A DNA stretch of 64,000 nucleotides from Chthonomonadales bacterium. GTDB taxonomy: Bacteria; Armatimonadota; Chthonomonadetes; Chthonomonadales; CAJBBX01. Below the pieces are notes generated by a model. It made no database searches, was not told the origin of the DNA, and worked only from the letters and a program-made list of their open reading frames with translations. Each line of letters opens with the position of its first letter. Positions within the stretch are counted from its first letter, which is position 1. The stretch covers positions 96,001 through 160,000 of the forward strand of contig JBBIPC010000006.1 in NCBI GenBank assembly GCA_037443035.1, written 5' to 3'. Below, piece by piece: positions 47,490 through 57,162 of the stretch. Both the position numbers and the translations under genes were made by a program.

Positions 47490-49193
47490 GTGCTGAAACT
47501 CAAGCGTGTACCGCTCGGTGTGATGTTGGTGGAGAGGAAGCTGGCCACCCAGGAACAGGTGGACCAGGCGCTCGCTGAGCAGCGCCGCCATGACAACGCG
47601 CGGCGTCTCGGAGAGATTCTCATCGAGAACCGCGTTATCTCGGAAGCGGCGCTCTTGGAGGTTCTATCGGACCAACTTGGTTGTCCGGTCATAGACCTGA
47701 ACACGACACCTCCCGATCCAGGCGCCATCCACATTGTCCCGAGCGAGTTCGCGTTGCGCCATCACCTGCTACCCATTCGCCAAGAGGACCACACTCTCAC
47801 CGTGGCCATGGCTGATCCTCTCGATATCCAGTCCATTGACGACCTGCGCCTGCTAACAGGCTTCAGCGTTATCCCCATGTTGGCCAGTCCAACGGAGATA
47901 CGCCGTGCGGCTGAACAGATCTACATGCAACAGATGCTGGAAGGTGTCCAGGCGGTCGAACAGGTGGCGTCCGAAGAGGAGAGCATAGATGTCGCCGACC
48001 TCCAGAAGATGGCCCGCGAAGAGTTGGTCATCCAGATGGTCAACCTGATCATCAACCAGGCGATTCAGGACCGTGCGTCGGATATTCATATCGAACCGTT
48101 CGAGAAGGAGCTGCGCGTCCGATACCGTGTCGATGGCGTCCTTCACGAGGTCAATGCGCCCCCCAAGCGCCTCCACCCGGCCATCATCTCCCGTATCAAG
48201 ATCCTGTCGGACATGGACATAGCCGAGCGCCGACTGCCCCAGGACGGACGGATGCGTATCCGGTCCGGGGGGCGACAGATTGACCTACGCGTCTCCACGG
48301 TGCCGACCCTGTACGGGGAGTCGGCGGTGCTCCGCATTCTCGACAAGCAGACCGCCATGTTGGGGCTTCAGGAGCTGGGCATGTTCAGCGATACGTTCAG
48401 CCGGTTCCGAAACCTCATTAGCGAGCCGCATGGCATTATCTTGGTGACGGGTCCCACCGGTTCTGGCAAGACGACAACGCTCTATGCGGCTCTGAACGAG
48501 ATCTACTCGCCGGAGAAGAAGATCATTACCATCGAGGACCCGGTGGAGTATCAGCTCGCAGGCATCAACCAGATCCAGGTGCACCCTCAGATCAACTTGA
48601 CCTTTGCCAATGGACTCCGGCACATCGTGCGCCAGGACCCCGATATCATCATGGTCGGTGAGATCCGCGACACCGAAACAGTGGAGATTGCCATCCATGC
48701 GGCCCTGACCGGCCACCTCGTGTTCAGCACCCTACACACAAACGACGCCGCTGGCGCGATATCCCGGCTACTGGACATGGGAGCCGAGCCCTATCTTGTG
48801 GCGTCATCCTTGATAGGCAGCATCGCGCAGAGGCTGGTTCGCATCATCTGTCCAAGGTGCAAGACGCCTGTCACCGAGTCGCCGGTGGAACTTCAGCAGG
48901 TGGGTATCACCCCAGAGATGCTGAATGGCGGTCATGTGTATGCTGGCGCCGGTTGTCCGGAATGCCGGGGGGTGGGGTTCCGGGGGAGAAGTGGTCTCTT
49001 CGAAATGCTGACCGTGGACGATACGGTGCGACAGATGATTGTCAGCCGAGCGCCGTCCACAGAGATACGCCAGTACGCACAGCGGAGTCAGGGAATGCGT
49101 ACGCTGCTCCAGGATGGTCGTCGGCGAGTCCTGGCGGGTGAAACAACGGTGAAGGAAGTTCTCCGGGTCTGCCAGCGGGAAGACTTCGAGTAG
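47490..49193 (+). CDS. gspE: Type II secretion/T4P assembly ATPase GspE/PilB
   Basis: MshEN-like N-terminus (PLGVMLV, RLGEILI), ASDIHIEP, GPTGSGKTTT, TIEDPVE, RQDPD.IMVGEIRD and a tetra-Cys motif. Confidence 0.93.
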   Translation: MLKLKRVPLGVMLVERKLATQEQVDQALAEQRRHDNARRLGEILIENRVISEAALLEVLSDQLGCPVIDLNTTPPDPGAIHIVPSEFALRHHLLPIRQEDHTLTVAMADPLDIQSIDDLRLLTGFSVIPMLASPTEIRRAAEQIYMQQMLEGVQAVEQVASEEESIDVADLQKMAREELVIQMVNLIINQAIQDRASDIHIEPFEKELRVRYRVDGVLHEVNAPPKRLHPAIISRIKILSDMDIAERRLPQDGRMRIRSGGRQIDLRVSTVPTLYGESAVLRILDKQTAMLGLQELGMFSDTFSRFRNLISEPHGIILVTGPTGSGKTTTLYAALNEIYSPEKKIITIEDPVEYQLAGINQIQVHPQINLTFANGLRHIVRQDPDIIMVGEIRDTETVEIAIHAALTGHLVFSTLHTNDAAGAISRLLDMGAEPYLVASSLIGSIAQRLVRIICPRCKTPVTESPVELQQVGITPEMLNGGHVYAGAGCPECRGVGFRGRSGLFEMLTVDDTVRQMIVSRAPSTEIRQYAQRSQGMRTLLQDGRRRVLAGETTVKEVLRVCQREDFE

Positions 49194-49205
49194 GCGGTGT
49201 GACGC

Positions 49206-50480
49206 GTGCCTGAGTATCAATACATAGCCTTGGATCGGTCCGGCAAGCAGGTAACGGGTGTGGTCACATGCCGTGACCAGAGCGACGCCGCGGCACGGGT
49301 GCGCGGTCTCGGCTACTTTCCGGTGGAGCTCTCGCCGGTGAGTGCAGGCGTCAGGCGTACTGCTGCGCCGGCGACTGCTGATAGGCCGACCAGGCGGGAA
49401 GCGCGTGCTGCGCAGGCCAAAGAAGGCGAAGCTCGCGGCGTCAAGAAACCCACGCGCCTTCAGATACTCCTTTTCACGCGCGAACTAGCGGACCTTATCG
49501 ACGCAGGTCTGCCTATTGACCGTGCACTGTCGGTGCTCATCGAACAGACGGACAGCCCGGCCATGGAAGTCATGCTTCGCGGTATCCAGAATGACGTTCG
49601 TGCGGGCCAGGCTCTGTCCGACGCTCTGCGCAAGTTCCCGCGCGAGTTTCCTCCGCTCTACGCGAATATGATCCACGCGGGCGAAGTAGCGGGCCAGCTT
49701 CCCGAGGTCATGAGCCGTCTGGCGGATTTCCTGGAGAAGGAGCAGGTGCGTCGCAGTCAGATAGTAGCTGCACTGACCTATCCCGCTGTCCTCATCACGG
49801 TGGCCATTTTCGCCGTCACGTTCCTTCTGACGTTCGTCATACCTCGTCTCGAGGCTGTGTTCAAGGACCTGGGGGCTGCGTTGCCAGCGCCCACGCAGGC
49901 GCTCCTCGCGATTTCCGGTTTCGTCGTACATAGGTGGTGGGTCATCGCTCTCATCATTGTTGGTGTGGTCGTGGCATTTCGATCCTGGGTCAGCACCATT
50001 CCGGGACGTCGGACCTTCGATGCGCTGCGGCTCAATCTTCCTCTCGCCGGGATGCTGACAAGGAAGATGGTCATGGCGCGCTTCGCCAGAACGCTTGGCA
50101 CACTTCTGGCAGGAGGCGTGCCGATCCTCGACTCTCTAGATATTTCTGCCACCGCGGTCGGCAACACCGCCGCAGCCGCCGCAGTAGCGGACATCCGCGA
50201 TCGGGTACGGCAAGGAGAAACGTTGTCGTCCGGCATGCGGGAAGACCCAACATTCGTGCCATTGGTGGTCCATATGGCGGCAGTTGGTGAAGAGACAGGG
50301 CGCCTGGCGCCCATGCTCATCCGCACAGCGGAGACGCTGGACTTCGAGGTGGACAATACCATGCGTCGGCTCACGAGTCTCGTGGAGCCCCTCGTTGTGC
50401 TTCTCATGGGCGGGTTCGTGGGTTTCGTGGTTCTATCCATCCTCCTGCCCATCTTCCAGGCCAACACGATCGTGAAATAG
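49206..50480 (+). CDS. gspF: Type II secretion platform protein GspF/PilC
   Basis: FTRELA.LI.AG.P, AGE..G.L, ALTYP, F..TL.TLL.GGVP and GEETG.L..EP. Confidence 0.93.
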   Translation: MPEYQYIALDRSGKQVTGVVTCRDQSDAAARVRGLGYFPVELSPVSAGVRRTAAPATADRPTRREARAAQAKEGEARGVKKPTRLQILLFTRELADLIDAGLPIDRALSVLIEQTDSPAMEVMLRGIQNDVRAGQALSDALRKFPREFPPLYANMIHAGEVAGQLPEVMSRLADFLEKEQVRRSQIVAALTYPAVLITVAIFAVTFLLTFVIPRLEAVFKDLGAALPAPTQALLAISGFVVHRWWVIALIIVGVVVAFRSWVSTIPGRRTFDALRLNLPLAGMLTRKMVMARFARTLGTLLAGGVPILDSLDISATAVGNTAAAAAVADIRDRVRQGETLSSGMREDPTFVPLVVHMAAVGEETGRLAPMLIRTAETLDFEVDNTMRRLTSLVEPLVVLLMGGFVGFVVLSILLPIFQANTIVK

Positions 50481-50520
50481 GCGAGCAGGCTCTGCTCACA
50501 GTACGAAGGAGAATGTTCGA

Positions 50521-50958
50521 ATGCGAGGCACACAGCATTGCAGGACCGGCGGACGAGGCGGCTTCACCCTTATCGAGCTGCTGGTCGTGATCATCATTCT
50601 GGCAATCTTGGCCGCGGTCGTCATCCCTCGGGTCATTGGCCGGACCGAAGATGCCCGCATCGCCAAGGCTGTTGCCGATATCAGCACCATCGATGGAGTG
50701 CTGGATCAGTACAAGTTGGACGTCGGCAACTATCCATCCAGCGACGAGGGCCTCCAGGCTCTCGTGACCAACGTGGGCAACAACGAGAGATGGAACGGGC
50801 CCTACCTGAAAAACGGCTTGCCGAACGACCCATGGGGTAACCCGTATATCTACCAGTACCCTGGCGAGCATGGCCTCGAGTACGACGTCTACTCGGCCGG
50901 TCCGGACAAACAACCTGGCAGCCAGGATGACATTGGTAACTGGAACCTGCAGCAGTGA
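50521..50958 (+). CDS. gspG: Major pseudopilin GspG
   Basis: GFTLIELLVV, YKLD.G.YP...EGL.AL, W.GPYL, P.DPWG.PY.Y..PG and S.GPD...G..DDI.NW. Confidence 0.95.
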   Translation: MRGTQHCRTGGRGGFTLIELLVVIIILAILAAVVIPRVIGRTEDARIAKAVADISTIDGVLDQYKLDVGNYPSSDEGLQALVTNVGNNERWNGPYLKNGLPNDPWGNPYIYQYPGEHGLEYDVYSAGPDKQPGSQDDIGNWNLQQ

Positions 50959-51004
50959 CGGAACGTAGCTTGTTGACTCCACAACGGAGCGGTTGAGCGT
51001 TCGC

Positions 51005-51580
51005 ATGGGAACTGCAAAGCCATTTGCTGCTGGTGCGCTCCGCCGGCGGAGGCTCGCGGCGGTGACGCTTATCGAGATGATCGTCCTGATCATCGTGATG
51101 GCGCTACTGTCCAGCGTGGCCGTACCGGCCTTCTCCCGGCTACGCGACCGTGCAGCCTTCGAGGCGAAAGTCGCTCAGGTGATGAGCTTCTTCACTCAGA
51201 CTCGAGCCCAAGCCATCGAGCTCGGGATGCAGGTGGAAGTGCGTTTCGATCCGCAGTCCGAGAGCTTCACCGCGCGGGGCGATACTACGATGACGGGGCA
51301 GGACCTACCGACCGACATAGCCGCCACCTCCGAGACGGCAACGGTACTCTATGAGCGCTCGCTGGCGCTTCCATCCGACTACCGAATTGAGGACCTGCAG
51401 GTCTTCGGCCCAGAAGCGGTTGCGGGAACCATGGCATCCCGGACGGAGACCGTTCTGTACTTCCATGAAGATGGCACGTGCGACGGACTCCGTTTCACCC
51501 TCGTGCGGGACACGGGCCACGCTGCGGTGATCACGTTGTGGCCCACAACTGGCGCCGTGGACGTAGAGCCTCCAAGCTAA
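51005..51580 (+). CDS. gspH: Minor pseudopilin GspH/FimT-like
   Basis: AVTLIEMIVLI N-terminal helix (non-canonical Ala at -1), R.QAI and F..DG; position after gspG. Confidence 0.75.
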   Translation: MGTAKPFAAGALRRRRLAAVTLIEMIVLIIVMALLSSVAVPAFSRLRDRAAFEAKVAQVMSFFTQTRAQAIELGMQVEVRFDPQSESFTARGDTTMTGQDLPTDIAATSETATVLYERSLALPSDYRIEDLQVFGPEAVAGTMASRTETVLYFHEDGTCDGLRFTLVRDTGHAAVITLWPTTGAVDVEPPS

Positions 51581-51593
51581 GGCCAGAGCTGGT

Positions 51594-51971
51594 ATGCATC
51601 GAAGCGCTCGGGGTTTCACCCTTGTGGAGATGGTGGTAGCCGCCATTGTACTGGTTATCGGCGGAGTCGCGGCCATGCTAGCCATTGGCACGTGCACCCG
51701 AGCCATCGGAGATTCAGAGTCTTACTCACGGGCAGCCATGCTCGCCGAGATGCGCCTTGCTGACATAGAGGCGGACCCGAGCACTCTCACAACGGGTGAG
51801 CAGCAAGGCGACTTCGGAGCAGACTATCCTGGCTACGCTTGGGTACAGACGGTGGACCGGACGGATCTTTCCGATGTCGTCCAGGTCACGATCACAGTGA
51901 GCTGGCCCATGGGAATACGCCAGGGCAAGGCGACCTTCGTCACTCTGCTGCGGGTCACGAGCGGCACATGA
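51594..51971 (+). CDS. gspI: Minor pseudopilin GspI-like
   Basis: RGFTLVEMVVA, A.MLAE.RL and V.ITVSW. Confidence 0.8.
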   Translation: MHRSARGFTLVEMVVAAIVLVIGGVAAMLAIGTCTRAIGDSESYSRAAMLAEMRLADIEADPSTLTTGEQQGDFGADYPGYAWVQTVDRTDLSDVVQVTITVSWPMGIRQGKATFVTLLRVTSGT

Positions 51972-52813
51972 ATCCCCAAAGCAGTCAGGCTGAACGCGTC
52001 CGGAGATCCTTGCCGACTCGGGCAGGCGGCTACACGCTGCTGGAAATGATGATCGCCGTGATTATGTTCGCTCTGATAACGGTGGCAACGACGTTCATGC
52101 TCACAGCAGGTCTGCGTGGGCAGCAGCAGATCGGGGCCAAGGCAACTGAGGCTCAGGAGGCACGGGCCCTTCTGGGGGTGATCACGCGCGATCTACGCAG
52201 CATGCTCGTGGTCTCTGGCAGCCCATCTACCTACTTTGTGGCAAGCGGCGCGGACACCGGGCCCGTACTCCAGTTCACGACACTGGCGTCGCGGCTCATG
52301 CCGGATCTTCTTGTCGAGGGCAGTTCGACGGATGCTAGCTCGGAGAATCTCGCGCCGCAGTCGGACCTCCTTCAGGTGACTTACGATTATGACCCCAGCA
52401 CTCATGTTCTGAGCCGTCTCGTTTCGCGTCTGCCGGGAGTCGAAACGTTACCTGCAGCTGGTGGGCCTGAGTGGATCATCTCACGTCGCGTCGCCTACAT
52501 CGCTTTCACGTTCTACGATGCCTCCGGCAATACGCGCACGGAGTGGAACTACCAAACGCCGCAGACAGACACGACCGGAACGCAAGTAGATGCATCCTCC
52601 TATGACACGACGCTGCCTGTACGCATAGATGTGGAGCTCGAGATGGATCGCCCGAGCGGAGATACCGTGGTGCTGCAGGCATCCGTGGTGCCGGCGAACA
52701 GCGCACCGCAACCTGCCGGCCAGAAGCCGGCTGCGGCGACGCAGCCCGCGGGCCCAGGTACGGGCGGTGCAGGAGGAGGCACCGTTGGTGGGGGAGGTGG
52801 GGCCGTTCCATGA
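51968..52813 (+). CDS. gspJ: Minor pseudopilin GspJ-like
   Basis: GYTLLEMMIA, I.RDLR and W...LP..I.VEL; ATGA overlap with gspI. Confidence 0.8.
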   Translation: MNPQSSQAERVRRSLPTRAGGYTLLEMMIAVIMFALITVATTFMLTAGLRGQQQIGAKATEAQEARALLGVITRDLRSMLVVSGSPSTYFVASGADTGPVLQFTTLASRLMPDLLVEGSSTDASSENLAPQSDLLQVTYDYDPSTHVLSRLVSRLPGVETLPAAGGPEWIISRRVAYIAFTFYDASGNTRTEWNYQTPQTDTTGTQVDASSYDTTLPVRIDVELEMDRPSGDTVVLQASVVPANSAPQPAGQKPAAATQPAGPGTGGAGGGTVGGGGGAVP

Positions 52814-54195
52814 GCGGTCGAGCGCCTCTGGGCCCTTGCAGAGCCTGCCATGGACCCGCGAGCGGTCAGGCCCTGGTGCCTGTGCTGTTCGTGATAACGA
52901 TCCTGACTGCCTTCGCTGTCACGCTCGCCGTACTCGCGAAGCGGGAGATACGCGCGGGAGCAGCGGACGTCCGACAGGCGCAGATGTACTACATCGCACG
53001 CGGCGCAATCCAATACGCAGCGTCCCAGCTCCAGACAGCTACGAACGGCGGCGCAGTCTATGCCCAACTCGCCTTGCCGCCAGATACCGACTCCAATGGC
53101 TGGACACGCCTAGGTGACGGGTGGTACAAGATCGACCTCATCGACACGGCCTCCCGTGCCAATATCAATCTTGCGAAGGGACCTGATCTGGCGCGCTTGC
53201 CGGGGATCTCAGGAGACCCTTCTATTGCCGCCGCGATCATGGACTGGCGTGATGCCGACGACGTCCCCACGGACATCAACGGAGCCGTTGGAGCTGAGAG
53301 CGAGTACTACGCCGCGCTGCCTCAGCCATACATGCCGAAGAACGCGCCGTTCGACACGGTGGATGAGCTCCTTCTCGTGCGCGGCATTACGCCGACCCTC
53401 CTCTACGGGGCCCGCGATGCGACAGGGGCTCTGCTTTCCCTGCAAAGCGCCTCGACCTCCTCTACGAGGCAGGATACGGGTGGGGTAACAGCCACCGACA
53501 GTGGCATTCCGCTCTGCGAGCTCGTGACGACGTATTCCCGCGAGCTGAATGTTGACAGCGATGGCAACAAGCGTATCAACCTCAAGACTGCAGGGCCGGA
53601 TGTGCTTGTGAGCACTCTCGGTCTGCCGCCGAATCTCGTGCAGCGACTGATCCAGGCTCGCGGCAATAACGGGGAGAACCTCACGTCGGTCGCGGGTCTG
53701 CTAGACATCCCAGGTTTCAACCGCACCATCATGCAGCAGATCGGGGACAAAGTTACGGTAACGGACGATCAGTATCGCACTGGCGTGATCAACATCAACA
53801 CAGCACCTGCGGAGGTCCTCGCCACAATACCGAACGTGGACGAGACGATCTACAACGCCATAATCGAGGCAAGGCAGGGTGGAACAGTCTTCAATGGGCT
53901 TAACGACCTGTTTCAGTTGACCGCCCTCAACCGTCAACAGTTGCAGGCTCTGGTGGACAACGTGTGCACGAAGTCATCGGTGTATCTAGTGCGGGTCAAG
54001 GTAAGGGTGCTGGGGTCCAACGAGATCCGGGCGTATCAGGCGCTGGTGGAGGTAACCCCGCCATCCGTCGCCGAGGATGGCACTACGACCGCCACGCAGG
54101 CAAGCATCTATCAGTTCAAAGAGGTCGGACGCAACCCCGGCTGGTCATCCTGGTCCACCGGGGCGTTCTCCTCGGGAGGCAGCATTGGTATCTAA
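52810..54195 (+). CDS. gspK: Minor pseudopilin GspK with extra HhH/SAM-like modules
   Basis: GQALVPVL, Q.YY.ARGAI, D..SR.NIN, AI.DWRD.D, GAE..YY and F..V.EL.LVRG. Confidence 0.88.
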   Translation: MSGRAPLGPCRACHGPASGQALVPVLFVITILTAFAVTLAVLAKREIRAGAADVRQAQMYYIARGAIQYAASQLQTATNGGAVYAQLALPPDTDSNGWTRLGDGWYKIDLIDTASRANINLAKGPDLARLPGISGDPSIAAAIMDWRDADDVPTDINGAVGAESEYYAALPQPYMPKNAPFDTVDELLLVRGITPTLLYGARDATGALLSLQSASTSSTRQDTGGVTATDSGIPLCELVTTYSRELNVDSDGNKRINLKTAGPDVLVSTLGLPPNLVQRLIQARGNNGENLTSVAGLLDIPGFNRTIMQQIGDKVTVTDDQYRTGVININTAPAEVLATIPNVDETIYNAIIEARQGGTVFNGLNDLFQLTALNRQQLQALVDNVCTKSSVYLVRVKVRVLGSNEIRAYQALVEVTPPSVAEDGTTTATQASIYQFKEVGRNPGWSSWSTGAFSSGGSIGI

Positions 54196-55756
54196 CAGGA
54201 GCGGTTCGCACGATGCGCGAACCCGCCGCGTGGTGGCGATAGAGATAGGCGCTGGGGTGGTTCGTGCGGCGGAGGTCGAAGTTCGCGGACAGATCGCCAG
54301 AATCGTCCGAGGCGGGACTGCTGCGGTCGCCGATACGGTTTGGGAGGATCTGGCAGGCCATCGCGAGGATCTGGCGCATGCCATTCGAGCTGCCGTGAAC
54401 TCCGCTGGAATCCGTGCGCGATCCGTTGTCACTGCGCTTCCCCGCCGCTTCGTGACCATCAAGTACGCGCGGCTACCGCAAGGAACGCCGGAGCAGGTTG
54501 CGGGAATGGTGCGCTACGAGGCCCAGCAGTACGTTCCGTTCCCTGTCGACGAAGTGGTCCTCGACCATCAGGTTGTCTTCGAAGGCTCGGACGATATGGC
54601 CACCGTCATGATCGCGGCAGCGCGCAAGTCGCTCGTGAACGATCTGCTGGCAGCGTTCGACCGAGCGGGGCTGGACGTGACGCGTATCTCTGTTACCTCG
54701 CTTGCCCTGGCCGAGCATGTGCGCGATCTGGCCATGCCGACAGCGATCTGCCGGATCGATGGCAGTCAGGTGGACATCGCCGTGGCGAGCGCAGGTAGGG
54801 TGCTGTTCAGCAGGTCGGCGGATCTTGTTGCGGCAGGTTCGGACGCAGCGCTGGGAGACACACTGGCGGCCGAAGTTGCGAGATCTCTGGCAGCGTATCA
54901 GACGGAGTACCGAGCACATGCCATCGAGCATCTTGTGCTTGTCAACGATGGAAGCGCGGACGGACTTTCCGAAGCGCTGGCGACGTCGCTGCAGGTCGAG
55001 GTCACCGTCCTGAACCAAGACGCGGCGCCTGCGGTGATGGGTAACGGGGCAGGCGCACTCGCGTCTGGCCTCGCGCTGCACGAGTCTCAGACAGCGCTCA
55101 GCCGTCTGAACTTGCTTCCGGCTGAACGCGTCCAACGCAAAGCTGAAATGCGCCGCAAGGCAGTGCTGCATGGCGCGCTGATTGCGGCGGCTTGCGTCAT
55201 AGCGCTTGGCATTTGGATGGGTAGTCAGGCCCTGCAGGCTAAGAGCATGGAACGACGGAAGGCCCTTTACGAGAACGCGCGACTCAAGCGAATACAGCCG
55301 CTTGCCAAACAAGCGCAGGATGAGCTGAACCGTGTCCGGCGCACCTATCTGACGATCAACTACGCACTCGGACGCGACAAGCCGGTCGTGGATGTCATCA
55401 AAGCCATCAGCGATGCTCTGCCGCGCCAGAAGGGACTGCACCTGACCCAGCTCACGTTCGATCGAAACGGCCCAGTGGTTCTCCACGGTAACGCGGAGAC
55501 ACAAGAATCCGTAACCGATTTTCTCCTCGGCCTCCAGACATGCGGGGTCTTCTCAGAGGCCAGGCTGGGATACCTAGGAGACGCAGGCACTGGCACCGCC
55601 ATTCGTGCTGCATCGACAGGCGGAACCGAGAAGGCGACGGGCCTGAGCTTCATGCTGTACTGCAAGCTTCCACCGCCGCCTGTTCTGGAAGATACGAAGC
55701 GAACGGGCGTCGTGCGGAAAACGGCTCGAACGAGCCAGGAGGAACTGGGACAATGA
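54185..55756 (+). CDS. PilM-like actin-fold domain fused to TM + PilN domain (GspL-like)
   Basis: TTG 54185 after GGGAGG; VAIEIG, YEA.QY.PFP.DE...D, F.R, LNLLP, TM, then ferredoxin-like L.G.A....V..F...L....F. Confidence 0.8.
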   Translation: MVSNRSGSHDARTRRVVAIEIGAGVVRAAEVEVRGQIARIVRGGTAAVADTVWEDLAGHREDLAHAIRAAVNSAGIRARSVVTALPRRFVTIKYARLPQGTPEQVAGMVRYEAQQYVPFPVDEVVLDHQVVFEGSDDMATVMIAAARKSLVNDLLAAFDRAGLDVTRISVTSLALAEHVRDLAMPTAICRIDGSQVDIAVASAGRVLFSRSADLVAAGSDAALGDTLAAEVARSLAAYQTEYRAHAIEHLVLVNDGSADGLSEALATSLQVEVTVLNQDAAPAVMGNGAGALASGLALHESQTALSRLNLLPAERVQRKAEMRRKAVLHGALIAAACVIALGIWMGSQALQAKSMERRKALYENARLKRIQPLAKQAQDELNRVRRTYLTINYALGRDKPVVDVIKAISDALPRQKGLHLTQLTFDRNGPVVLHGNAETQESVTDFLLGLQTCGVFSEARLGYLGDAGTGTAIRAASTGGTEKATGLSFMLYCKLPPPPVLEDTKRTGVVRKTARTSQEELGQ

Positions 55757-56319
55757 GCGTGGGCGGCCTCTGGAACGCGCGAACCCCACGGGAACGGGTC
55801 CTGATCATTCTCGGCGTCGTAGTCCTCTTCGTGGCGGGTTACCTAGTAGTGGTGCCGCAGGAAGCCAATAAGGCCGGCATGCTGGCTTCGTCGGTTGCTC
55901 GCAAGCGTTACATGGAAGAGCTCCAGCGCAAGCGGGATGCGGACGACAAGTTGGCCGAACTGAAGCCGAAACTTGATACCATTGCGTACAAAGAGACGTC
56001 TGAGAAAGTGATACCGTTGGTGCTGAAGACCCTGCACGAGCACGCGGCGAAGGCTGGTGTGCACCTGCGGGAGCTGAAGCCGCTGCGGCCAAGACAGATG
56101 GGCGACGCGACGAAAGTCAGCCTGACGGTGAGGTTCACTGGTGTATTCAGCCAGGTGATCCCATTCGTATATTACTTGGAGGATCCGCAGGGCAAGTTGG
56201 TCGTGGAGAAGCTGAACGTCTCGTCCCCGGATCCGAAGAGCCGACAGGTAGACGTAGAGGTGCAGGTGGCCCTGTTCACTGTCGAGGAGGCGGGCGCACC
56301 GGGAGGCAAGAAGTCATGA
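55753..56319 (+). CDS. GspM/PilO-like assembly protein
   Basis: W...TPRER.L, TM, coiled coil, A...GV.L and G.F..V..F.Y.LE. Confidence 0.78.
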   Translation: MSVGGLWNARTPRERVLIILGVVVLFVAGYLVVVPQEANKAGMLASSVARKRYMEELQRKRDADDKLAELKPKLDTIAYKETSEKVIPLVLKTLHEHAAKAGVHLRELKPLRPRQMGDATKVSLTVRFTGVFSQVIPFVYYLEDPQGKLVVEKLNVSSPDPKSRQVDVEVQVALFTVEEAGAPGGKKS

Positions 56320-57134
56320 GAACGACAGCAATAGCACGCAGCAGCGGAGTATCTGGACGGGGACGGTGGGCACTGCTGGCTGGCATTGGGGCGACGGCTC
56401 TCCTTGCCGCAGCCATCCTCGCTCAGACGAAGCCCCGTTCAAGTCAGCCGACACGTGGTACCGTCCAGCGCAGCGAGGCGAAAAACGCGCCGGTGGAACT
56501 TAGGCCCGCTGAACGCAGACCGCTCAGTTATTACACGACAGGTGTCCGTGCGGACATCTTCGGCGCCGCGTCCGTTCCCGAACCGGTGGTGAAAGTGGAG
56601 CAGCCCAAACCGACACTGCCGGCTCCAGCGCCGGAAGTCATCGATCCATTCGCGGACTATGCCTATACCGGCACCATCATGATGGGTGAGCAGGCTTTGG
56701 CACTCATCGAGAACTCCAAGACCAAAGAAGGTACGTACGTCAAGGTTGGCGATCAGCTCATCGGCGGTGTGGTGACAGAGGTCACGGACCGGGGCGTGAC
56801 GATCAACGTGGCGGGCAAACCTCGCACTCTCTACAAGACGGAAGACTTCAAGCTGACGCCTCTGGACAAGGACGCAGCGTTCCTCACGCCTCAGCAACCG
56901 GGGATGGGTGGGCAGCGCGGGATGATGCCCGGGATGAGGCCGGGTGGCATGATGATGCCTGGTATGGGGCCCGGCGGTATGCCAGGGGGTGCGCCTGGCA
57001 TGATGCCTGGCTTCGGTGGTGGAGGCTTCATGCAGCGCTTCCAGGGTCTCACTCCCGAGCAGCTTCAGGAGATGCGTAATCGTTTCATGAACCGATCATT
57101 CGAGGGCGGCAACCGCCGCCGTAGGTTCTTCTGA
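56316..57134 (+). CDS. GspC/PilP-like protein with Gly/Met-rich tail
   Basis: N-terminal TM; YTG.....ALIE.......V.VGD.....V..V....V HR-domain-like pattern; directly upstream of the secretin. Confidence 0.6.
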   Translation: MRTTAIARSSGVSGRGRWALLAGIGATALLAAAILAQTKPRSSQPTRGTVQRSEAKNAPVELRPAERRPLSYYTTGVRADIFGAASVPEPVVKVEQPKPTLPAPAPEVIDPFADYAYTGTIMMGEQALALIENSKTKEGTYVKVGDQLIGGVVTEVTDRGVTINVAGKPRTLYKTEDFKLTPLDKDAAFLTPQQPGMGGQRGMMPGMRPGGMMMPGMGPGGMPGGAPGMMPGFGGGGFMQRFQGLTPEQLQEMRNRFMNRSFEGGNRRRRFF

Positions 57135-57162
57135 CATGAGGCTTCTACAGGAGGCCCGGACA

